The notes under the pieces were generated by a model. It made no database searches and was not told the origin of the DNA. It saw nothing but the letters and a program-made list of their open reading frames with translations. A stretch of DNA of 32,000 nucleotides, taken from NCBI RefSeq assembly GCF_009734345.1, contig NZ_CP032551.1, positions 1,890,001 through 1,922,000 on the forward strand. Direction: 5' to 3'. Origin of the DNA: Pseudidiomarina andamanensis. Lineage in GTDB: Bacteria > Pseudomonadota > Gammaproteobacteria > Enterobacterales > Alteromonadaceae. Position numbers and translations under genes: made by a program. Numbering within the stretch: position 1 is the stretch's first letter; each line of letters opens with the position of its first letter. Positions 1-6,588 of this stretch are shown piece by piece.

Positions 1-359
1 GCGACAATATTCGTCTGCAATTACCAAGTAACGTGACGTTTGCCGTTGATAGCACGACTATTGCTTCAAGCTTTGATCCAGTGCTTGTTGATGTTGCGAA
101 GGTACTTAACCGTTATGAAAAAACCACGATGTTGGTGGAAGGTCATACCGATAGTACAGGTGACGCCAACTACAACCAACGTTTGTCAGAGAATCGCGCG
201 TTGGCTGTACGTAATCACTTGGTAGGCAATGGTGTTGACCAGCGTCGTGTGACTACTGTCGGTTATGGTGAAACCATGCCGGTAGCAGATAATAGCACTG
301 CTGATGGCCGTCAACTCAACCGCCGTGTTGAATTGCGAATCGTGCCGAACGAAGCCTAA
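1..359 (+). CDS. OmpA-family protein, C-terminal peptidoglycan-binding domain (5' end lies upstream of the window)
   Basis: Frame 3 is open from nt 3 (DNIRLQLPSNVTFAVDS...), so the GTG at 33 is internal. LVEGHTDSTGDANYNQRLSENRA and NRRVEL match the canonical OmpA/Pal/MotB C-terminal signature. Confidence 0.85.
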   Translation, partial: DNIRLQLPSNVTFAVDSTTIASSFDPVLVDVAKVLNRYEKTTMLVEGHTDSTGDANYNQRLSENRALAVRNHLVGNGVDQRRVTTVGYGETMPVADNSTADGRQLNRRVELRIVPNEA

Positions 360-380
360 TTCGAAGGTCTTCTGGTAATA

Positions 381-416
381 AAAGAAAAGCCGCTGATGAT
401 ATCAGCGGCTTTTTTG
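381..416. terminator. Bidirectional rho-independent terminator between the convergent OmpA-like and transporter genes
   Basis: Perfect 9-bp stem GCCGCTGAT (389-397) / ATCAGCGGC (401-409) with a 3-nt loop. An A-rich run lies on the 5' side and TTTTTT (410-415) on the 3' side. Confidence 0.8.
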
Positions 417-445
417 ATCGTTTTTATAAAGAGTTTAATAGTGCG

Positions 446-1594
446 TTATTCGGCTTTAGATGCTTGGTTTACCAAAAGCGCGATGGCGCCATCGCCGGTC
501 ACGTTACACGCCGTACCAAAGCTGTCTTGTGCCATATACAGCGCAATCATTAACGCAATGGCGGTTTCACCGAAGCCAAGCATTGAACCCAGTAAACCGA
601 CCGCAGACATTACCGCACCACCAGGTACGCCTGGCGCCGCCAGCATCACCACACCGAGCATGAAAATAAATGGCAGGATGGCTAAGAATGATGGAATTGC
701 TAAAGCGCTGTGCAAATACATCACCGCGATGGTGCAACTGACAATCGTAATGGTCGAGCCGGCTAAATGCGTTGTTGCACATAATGGAATCGCAAAGTTG
801 GCGACATCGTCATTCACTTTATTTGCTTTGGCGCTGCGTAAAGTCACTGGAATGGTTGCAGCGCTCGACATGGTGCCTAATGCCGTAAAGTAAGCTGGCA
901 GCATGTTCTTAATGAGCGTCACAGGGCTGATACTGGCTTTTAACCCAGCCACCGTAAACATGCTGATGATATACACCCAATGCAGTGCTACAGCGAGTAA
1001 CAAGACGATACCGAATGTTTTAAGCGTACCAAATACGGTGCCTGCGGCAGCCATTTCAGCAAATACGCCAGCAATGTAAAACGGCAATAGTGGAATGATG
1101 ACCTTACCGAGAAGTAACTCAATAATGTCTCGGCCTTGGTCTGAAATTTGTTTGAGTTGTTCTGCGCGAGTTGCGGTGATACCAAGCCCGAAAATAAACG
1201 CTAAAACAAGCGCTGTCATGATGCCAAACACGGGCGGCATGTCGAGAGTGATGAATGGCTCTAAAACCTTAGCATCGGCAGTCTGAGCGGTTTTAGCAGC
1301 GGTGGTTAACATCGGTACGACAAAACTCGCGACAAAATATGCAACGGTACCCGCCACAATGGTTGATAGGTAAGCGATACCCAAGGTGCGGCCAAGCAAT
1401 TTGCCAGAATTCTGTGGTAAACCAGCGATACCACTGGTGATAAAGAACAAAATTAATAACGGAATGGTAAAGAATAATAATTGACCGAATAGCTCTTTGA
1501 ACGTTAATAGTAGTTGGGTGACCCATTCAGGCGTATAGAGCCCAATTAATGTGCCAACGGTAATACCAATGATAAGTTTTATGATTAACCCCAT
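446..1594 (-). CDS. Dicarboxylate/amino acid:cation symporter family transporter, SstT-like
   Basis: 382-aa polytopic membrane protein. It has the family motifs GTMSSAATIPVT (HP1-like), LCATTHLAGSTITI and AQDSFGTACNVTGDGA. An AGAGAG-type SD precedes the ATG. Confidence 0.75.
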   Translation of the reverse strand: MGLIIKLIIGITVGTLIGLYTPEWVTQLLLTFKELFGQLLFFTIPLLILFFITSGIAGLPQNSGKLLGRTLGIAYLSTIVAGTVAYFVASFVVPMLTTAAKTAQTADAKVLEPFITLDMPPVFGIMTALVLAFIFGLGITATRAEQLKQISDQGRDIIELLLGKVIIPLLPFYIAGVFAEMAAAGTVFGTLKTFGIVLLLAVALHWVYIISMFTVAGLKASISPVTLIKNMLPAYFTALGTMSSAATIPVTLRSAKANKVNDDVANFAIPLCATTHLAGSTITIVSCTIAVMYLHSALAIPSFLAILPFIFMLGVVMLAAPGVPGGAVMSAVGLLGSMLGFGETAIALMIALYMAQDSFGTACNVTGDGAIALLVNQASKAE

Positions 1595-1664
1595 GGTGTT
1601 CTCTCTTTTGTGACCCTTGCGGATTTTATAGTGAGGGTAGTGTAAGGCGTTTCACCTAAATAAG

Positions 1665-1695
1665 TGAATCTAAATAGCGAGCAAGATCGTAACTT
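1665..1695 (+). promoter_or_regulatory. Candidate ECF-type promoter upstream of the sigma gene (TGAATC-N16-TCGTAA)
   Basis: It matches 2941-2971 at 20 of 31 positions with identical 16-nt spacing. The shared blocks are TGmATCTAA and ATCGTwACTT. The -10-like element ends 35 nt before the ATG at 1727. Confidence 0.4.
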
Positions 1696-1726
1696 AAGTA
1701 TTACCACAATAAAAAGGGAAATAACT

Positions 1727-2266
1727 ATGTCGTCACCACTTTCGTTGGAGAGGGAGCTTCAGCAAATTGCACTGGGTGACCGAGAAGCGTTCAAGCGCCT
1801 GTATCAGGCAACGTCCGCTAAGCTTTACTCAGTCAGTTACGCTATTGTTCGTCGCGAGAGCGCCGCCGAGGATGCTGTTCAAGACACCTTCATCAAAGTT
1901 TGGCATCGGGCGTCAGATTACAGCGTTACCAAGGGCTCAGTCATGAGCTGGCTAATTAGCATGGTGCGTTATCGGTCAATCGATTTGATGCGTAACCGTC
2001 ATAACAGCATGCAATATGAAGATACACCCGACCAGCTACCAGCTGTCGATACCTTAGATAAGTCCTTAGATTCATTGCACGAAAACCATCAACTCAAGCT
2101 ATGTATGGATGAATTGCAGCCGCAAACCCGTCACTGCCTGCAGCTTGCCTATATCAATGGCTTGAGCCATCAAGAAGTAAGCGATTACTTGAGTGAAGCG
2201 TTGGGTTCAGTGAAGAGTTGGATTCGTCGTGGCTTGGAAAATCTTAAAAGGTGCCTAAAACGATGA
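1727..2266 (+). CDS. RNA polymerase sigma factor, ECF (sigma-70 group 4) family
   Basis: Region 2 (DAVQDTFIKVWHRASDY) and region 4 HTH (LQLAYINGLSHQEVSDYLSEALGSVKSWIRRGLENLKRCL). I chose the ATG at 1727, which has a GGGA SD 7 nt upstream, over the track's GTG at 1664. This gives a 179-aa protein, the typical ECF size. Confidence 0.85.
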   Translation: MSSPLSLERELQQIALGDREAFKRLYQATSAKLYSVSYAIVRRESAAEDAVQDTFIKVWHRASDYSVTKGSVMSWLISMVRYRSIDLMRNRHNSMQYEDTPDQLPAVDTLDKSLDSLHENHQLKLCMDELQPQTRHCLQLAYINGLSHQEVSDYLSEALGSVKSWIRRGLENLKRCLKR

Positions 2267-2934
2267 GTGATAAAACTGAAATTCAACATCAATTAGCTGC
2301 GCGCTACGTTATTGGTAGCATGCGCGGTGGCGCCAGAAAACGCTTCATGCGCTTATTAATGACTACCCCTGCGCTACGCGAACATGTGACTTTTTGGGAG
2401 CAGCACCTTTATGCGCTAACGGATACAGTGCCTGAGCGCGAGGTGTCTCCGAAAGTTTGGAATCAGATCGAGCGTCGATTGGGTTGGACACAAGCTGAAC
2501 AGAGTCGCAATACATGGTGGTTGTGGGGATTCTCGGCGGCGGCGGCTTTATTACTGCTTAACTTGCTTACTTTTGTGGCGCCATTTACGCCAACGCCGCA
2601 GGCTATTGAGCGCGTGGCTGTGGTTCAAAATGATGATGCACAAACGCTGTGGCTAATAAAACAGCAGGGGCAAACGTTAATGGTAAACGCTGTTGGTAAC
2701 ATCGAGCAGAGAGCCGATGCCGATTATCAGTTGTGGATGTTACCGCAATCGGGGTCAGCGCCTATTTCGCTTGGTTTATTGCCGCAACAGGGTGAACGGG
2801 TTCTAACAATAGACACACAAATCAATTTAAATGATGTTGCAGCACTTGCTGTTAGCCGCGAGCCACTTGGTGGTTCACCACTTGATGTGCCTACGGGGCC
2901 AGTGGTTTTTGTAACCGATATTGTCATACTTTAA
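2263..2934 (+). CDS. Anti-sigma factor, RskA (anti-sigma-K) type, single-pass membrane protein
   Basis: The start shares ATGA with the sigma gene stop (2263-2266). There is one TM segment (WWLWGFSAAAALLLLNLLTFVAPF). The C-terminal extracytoplasmic domain has YQLWMLP...PISLGLL...ALAVSREPLGGSPLDVPTGPVV, typical of RskA domains. The N-terminal part has no HxxxCxxC zinc motif. Confidence 0.75.
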   Translation: MSDKTEIQHQLAARYVIGSMRGGARKRFMRLLMTTPALREHVTFWEQHLYALTDTVPEREVSPKVWNQIERRLGWTQAEQSRNTWWLWGFSAAAALLLLNLLTFVAPFTPTPQAIERVAVVQNDDAQTLWLIKQQGQTLMVNAVGNIEQRADADYQLWMLPQSGSAPISLGLLPQQGERVLTIDTQINLNDVAALAVSREPLGGSPLDVPTGPVVFVTDIVIL

Positions 2935-2940
2935 AAAAGT

Positions 2941-2971
2941 TGCATCTAATATGCTCTCTCAATCGTTACTT
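2941..2971 (+). promoter_or_regulatory. Candidate ECF-type promoter upstream of the DUF4331 gene (TGCATC-N16-TCGTTA)
   Basis: Second copy of the motif seen at 1665-1695, with the same spacing. It lies in the 100-nt gap between the anti-sigma and DUF4331 genes. Confidence 0.4.
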
Positions 2972-3028
2972 GGGTAAGACCCATAAGTTTTTCGGGGTTG
3001 GAAATCCAATTTAAACGATTGAGAGGGC
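2953..3028 (+). promoter_or_regulatory. Structured leader: a 15-bp long-range stem that pairs with the DUF4331 Shine-Dalgarno, enclosing two small hairpins
   Basis: GCTCTCTCAATCGTT (2953-2967) pairs with AACGATTGAGAGGGC (3014-3028), giving 14 Watson-Crick pairs plus one G-U. The 3' arm contains the SD GAGAGGG (3021-3027). The inner hairpins are 2968-2988 (followed by TTTTT) and 2998-3009. Confidence 0.45.
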
Positions 3029-3034
3029 ATTAAT

Positions 3035-4606
3035 ATGAACAACAAGACTTTGTTTACAACAACAATACTAGGCGTTGCCATTGCTGCCTCGACAGCATTT
3101 GCATCAAGCCACCGTGAAGCGCCGAATATTGCGCGTTTACCTACACTAGATTCAACAGACTTCTATCTATTCAATAGTTATGAATTAGGGCGAGAAGACT
3201 ACGTCACAATCATCGCCAACTATATTCCATTGCAGGATGCTTACGGTGGGCCAAACTATTTCGCCATGGATCCAGCAGCGGTATATGCATTACACATTGA
3301 TTCTGATGGCGATGCGGTTGAAGACGTGACGTTTGAATTTCGCTTTAACAACGAAATAGCTGGCGTGACGTTGCCGGTTGGCCCTGACGCGATTAACGTG
3401 AGTGTACCGCTTAAACATGTTGGTGGCATTGCTGCGGGCAACAACGCGACGTTAAATTACAACGAGACATACAGTTTAGCGGTGGTTTCAGGGGCACAAA
3501 GAAGTGGTTCAAGCGCCGCTGTTACTGGTGTTAATGGCGAAACAGCGTTTGTTAAACCCTATGCTTATGTTGGTGAAAAAACCTTTGGTTCGACTGCAGA
3601 CTATGAAGCTTATGCGAACCAATACATCTATGACATTTCAATACCAAACTGCAGTGCGCCAGGGCGCGTGTTCGTGGGTCAACGCAAAGACTCCTTCACG
3701 GTAAATCTTGGTGAAACCTTCGATTTAGTGAACTATGTTCCTGTTGAAGGAGATAGTGCACCGGGTGCTGGCGATGGTGGCGGCTTCCCTGGAGGTATTA
3801 CGCAGTCGATTAACAATGACGATTTGAACGATAAGAATACCAATACGATTGCACTGGAAGTACCGAAGTCGTGTTTAGTTGGCAATGGTAACGGTGTTAT
3901 TGGTGCTTGGACAACAGCAAGTTTACCGCAGGCACGAATCTTGAATCCGAATGCCGTGGCGAGCAAACCAGAAGTTAATGGTGGTGCATTAGTGCAAGTA
4001 TCGCGACTAGGCTCACCGCTTGTGAATGAATTGGTAATTGGTATTGATGATAAAGATCGGTTCTCATCAGCACACCCTTCAGCTGATGGACAGTTTGCAA
4101 CCTACGTAACTCACCCGACATTGCCGGTGATATTGGATATTTTATTCCGCGATGCCGTTAATGCCACGTTGGGAACCAATTTTGAAACAATTGCACCGAC
4201 TAATTATCCACGGACCGACTTGGTAGCGGCTTTTTTAACGGGGTTTGCGGGGGTTAATCAGCAAGCGACCGTGACCGCATCTGAAATGCTACGTCTGAAT
4301 ACAGCGATACCTGCCACACCAGCCGATTTACAATCGAACTTTGGTGTAGCTGGTAATGATTTAGCTGGCTTCCCGAATGGACGTCGCCCCGGTGATGACG
4401 TGGTCGATATCGCATTACGGGTTGTGATGGGTGCGCTTTGTCATGACATTCCAGTGAACGGTCAGCCTACTAACCTAGGTTTCTGTGAGCCAGCTGATGC
4501 AAATGTTGGTACGGCACCATTTACTGACGGTGCGCCGTTAGATAGCAGTTTCTTTAATACCAGCTTCCCTTACTTGCTAGCGCCGCTCGCTGGTTCACCG
4601 CAATAA
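3035..4606 (+). CDS. DUF4331 domain-containing exported protein
   Basis: Sec signal peptide with AFA|SSHREAP. The SSHREAP mature N-terminus and the C-terminal GFPNGRRPGDDVVD (4367-4408) are the hallmarks I recognise for DUF4331. The SD GAGAGGG lies 7 nt upstream. Confidence 0.75.
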   Translation: MNNKTLFTTTILGVAIAASTAFASSHREAPNIARLPTLDSTDFYLFNSYELGREDYVTIIANYIPLQDAYGGPNYFAMDPAAVYALHIDSDGDAVEDVTFEFRFNNEIAGVTLPVGPDAINVSVPLKHVGGIAAGNNATLNYNETYSLAVVSGAQRSGSSAAVTGVNGETAFVKPYAYVGEKTFGSTADYEAYANQYIYDISIPNCSAPGRVFVGQRKDSFTVNLGETFDLVNYVPVEGDSAPGAGDGGGFPGGITQSINNDDLNDKNTNTIALEVPKSCLVGNGNGVIGAWTTASLPQARILNPNAVASKPEVNGGALVQVSRLGSPLVNELVIGIDDKDRFSSAHPSADGQFATYVTHPTLPVILDILFRDAVNATLGTNFETIAPTNYPRTDLVAAFLTGFAGVNQQATVTASEMLRLNTAIPATPADLQSNFGVAGNDLAGFPNGRRPGDDVVDIALRVVMGALCHDIPVNGQPTNLGFCEPADANVGTAPFTDGAPLDSSFFNTSFPYLLAPLAGSPQ

Positions 4607-4617
4607 GGAGATTTGTC

Positions 4618-5127
4618 ATGAAAGCAATGATGATAAAAGTAGCTACTATTGTTGGTTTAAGTGTTGGTATGTCGGGTTGCTTCGATTCTGACGCAAACAT
4701 AAATACCGCGCCAGAGGCGATTTCTACGCGCATTACTACATCAACTGAAACACCGGTGATGGGACAATTATCTGCAGCAGATAGTGAAGAAGGCGAATTG
4801 ATTTTTTCACTTGATGGAGAGCCAAGCGAAGGAATGGTGACAGTCGCCAGCGATGGTAGTTTTACTTACACACCGCGAGCGGAATTCGTCGGGAGTGACT
4901 CATTCACGTTTCGTGTTTCAGATGGTCAGTTTTCATCTCGAGGAAGTGTTTCGATTACCGTTGAAGAGTTGGTTGTGTCGTTTCGTACTGCGGTACGAGC
5001 AGCGTTTGACCAGTCAACACAGGCGCAGCCAATTTCGGTAAACGGACGTTCGTATCAGCAAGATGTTACAACTACCGCAGAGTTTGACGACCTTATTGCT
5101 GCTGGTGAGGTTTCAGGAAATGACTAG
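4618..5127 (+). CDS. Lipoprotein with a single cadherin-like/VCBS-type Ig-fold domain
   Basis: AAGGAG SD. Signal peptide with lipobox GMSG-C. The segment NTAPEAIS...DGSFTYTPRAEFVGSDSFTFRVSDGQ...SITV has the pattern of adhesin-type cadherin-like repeats. Confidence 0.6.
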   Translation: MKAMMIKVATIVGLSVGMSGCFDSDANINTAPEAISTRITTSTETPVMGQLSAADSEEGELIFSLDGEPSEGMVTVASDGSFTYTPRAEFVGSDSFTFRVSDGQFSSRGSVSITVEELVVSFRTAVRAAFDQSTQAQPISVNGRSYQQDVTTTAEFDDLIAAGEVSGND

Positions 5128-6115
5128 AGTTACCAAGCGATCACCTTTCCTCATGGTGGTGTTGGTGCTGGGCAGCGGCGTTGTCGCCGCAGCCCCTTTC
5201 TCTGATGCGAAACACTACGCCATGTTGGTGCAGGAAGGAAAGCATGAAGCAACGCATTCGTTTCACCAAGATGCCGAAGTAATATGGCGACGAAATCAGT
5301 CGCTCTTGGTTGATATGGAGCCATTACAACAAGCTCAGTGGTATCTAGCGCGAGCGGATTTCCTACAATTTGAGCACCGCTTTGAAGAAGCGCTGCAAGC
5401 TTTAGATAAAGTTGAGAAAACCGGTTTTCTAGTAAGCAACGCATTGCTTATACGGGCTCGCATTTCATTGACTATTGGTGCGCTTGAAGACGCTCGTATG
5501 GCCTGTCAAAACCTTCGGGTATTGGTTCCGGTTGATACTTGGGCGACCTGCTTATTGGAAGTTGAAGGACGCAGCGGTGAACTTCCGCAATCGTATCAAG
5601 CATTAAAACGCATAGCGGCTCGAAATATTGATATGTCAGATGAAGTATCAGCATGGCGTTTTCAAATACTTGCCGAACAAGCACAGCTGTTGGGGTATTA
5701 CAACGAAGCATTGCAATGGTTAGATAGCGCTAACTACGCAGCTCAACCGGTTGTCGCTCAGAAACAAATACTCGATATTTGGTTTAAACAGAATAGACCT
5801 GAAGTGGCTTCAGATGTTATGCCTCGTTGTCCAGAGCCCGACAGTCTGTTTCCCGATAGTCTTATCGTTCGTTTTGCTCGTGCAGAACTGGAAAGTAGCA
5901 GCCAGTTGACCTGCTGGCGTTCATTAGCATCTGAACGTATTGAAATTAGGGAATTACGCCACGACCGTTTGCACACCGCTGATATTGCTTACTATCACAC
6001 CTATGTGAGTGGCAATGCGAAAGCGGCGGTCTATTGGGCTGAGTTAACGGTTGCAGTTGCTCGAGAGCCTTTTGATTATATGCTGCTAGAAGCAGCGCAG
6101 GAGTTGAGACCTTGA
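5120..6115 (+). CDS. TPR-like helical-repeat protein with N-terminal signal peptide or anchor
   Basis: I chose the ATG at 5120 (MTRVTKRSPFLMVVLVLGSGVVAAAPF) with a GGTGAGG SD upstream. The track's earlier start lies inside the preceding gene. The rest is Leu/Ala/Glu-rich helical repeat sequence. Confidence 0.55.
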   Translation: MTRVTKRSPFLMVVLVLGSGVVAAAPFSDAKHYAMLVQEGKHEATHSFHQDAEVIWRRNQSLLVDMEPLQQAQWYLARADFLQFEHRFEEALQALDKVEKTGFLVSNALLIRARISLTIGALEDARMACQNLRVLVPVDTWATCLLEVEGRSGELPQSYQALKRIAARNIDMSDEVSAWRFQILAEQAQLLGYYNEALQWLDSANYAAQPVVAQKQILDIWFKQNRPEVASDVMPRCPEPDSLFPDSLIVRFARAELESSSQLTCWRSLASERIEIRELRHDRLHTADIAYYHTYVSGNAKAAVYWAELTVAVAREPFDYMLLEAAQELRP

Positions 6116-6585
6116 AAACAAAATTAAATCTCTTACTGCTTTTAGTGATAATGGGTGTGTCTGGGTCGGCATTGGCACATCGATTTAGTACCAGTTTCTT
6201 GACCATGTCGTCGGCAACAGAGGGAACACAGAGTTGGACATGGCGCATAGTTGAACATGATCTTGATACGCTAGTAAATTCGCATCATCTAACTAAGTCA
6301 GAGTCAGATGACAAGTGGTTAGACGCTATTGTGAAGCGCTTAATAAGCGTTAACGAGGGCTGTGAGGTGCAAGTAGAACAGTCGGGAAATATGCTCGAGA
6401 CTGTTTATGCAGGGCAAACGTACGTTGATTTAAATGGTCAGATTATTTGTGTAGGAGGCAGTTTGTCAGAGCTTTCTGTTGAAACGGTATTTTCGTCAAT
6501 TAGCGACCATAAGGTTGTGCTAGCGATACCGTCAAATTCAACGAAACAGGTATTGAGTTTGAGCCAGACAAACTGGAAAAAATAA
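6112..6585 (+). CDS. Small secreted protein of unknown function (predicted mature N-terminus His)
   Basis: TTG start with an AGGAG SD (6099-6103) 8 nt upstream. The start overlaps the upstream stop as TTGA. Canonical signal peptide MKTKLNLLLLLVIMGVSGSALA|HRF. The internal ATG at 6151 would lose the signal peptide. Confidence 0.55.
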   Translation: MKTKLNLLLLLVIMGVSGSALAHRFSTSFLTMSSATEGTQSWTWRIVEHDLDTLVNSHHLTKSESDDKWLDAIVKRLISVNEGCEVQVEQSGNMLETVYAGQTYVDLNGQIICVGGSLSELSVETVFSSISDHKVVLAIPSNSTKQVLSLSQTNWKK

Positions 6586-6588
6586 TGA

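Noticed and set aside
396-893. A long antisense ORF (165 aa) opposite the transporter gene. Similar shadow ORFs are at 6899-7462 (187 aa, opposite mnmE), 23575-24132 and 23444-23779 (opposite fadB), and 9304-9663 (opposite yidC).
   Set aside because: Each lies entirely within a well-supported conserved gene on the other strand. Their translations are low-complexity (Ser/Ala/Arg/Cys-rich) with no recognisable motifs and no SD. They look like typical frame shadows.
1664-1726. Upstream starts proposed by the ORF track for the sigma gene. The same issue applies at 2251, 5063, 12144, 19882, 20567 and 31714.
   Set aside because: The downstream starts have an SD and align with the N-termini of homologues (Tag, DnaN, RsmB), or they restore a signal peptide or an ATGA coupling. 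The extensions overlap promoters or neighbouring genes.
2953-3028. Assigning the DUF4331 leader to a known riboswitch class (purine, NiCo, Mn, fluoride, guanidine)
   Set aside because: The junction and loop sequences do not resemble the conserved cores of the classes I can recall. It is reported only as an unclassified SD-sequestering structure.
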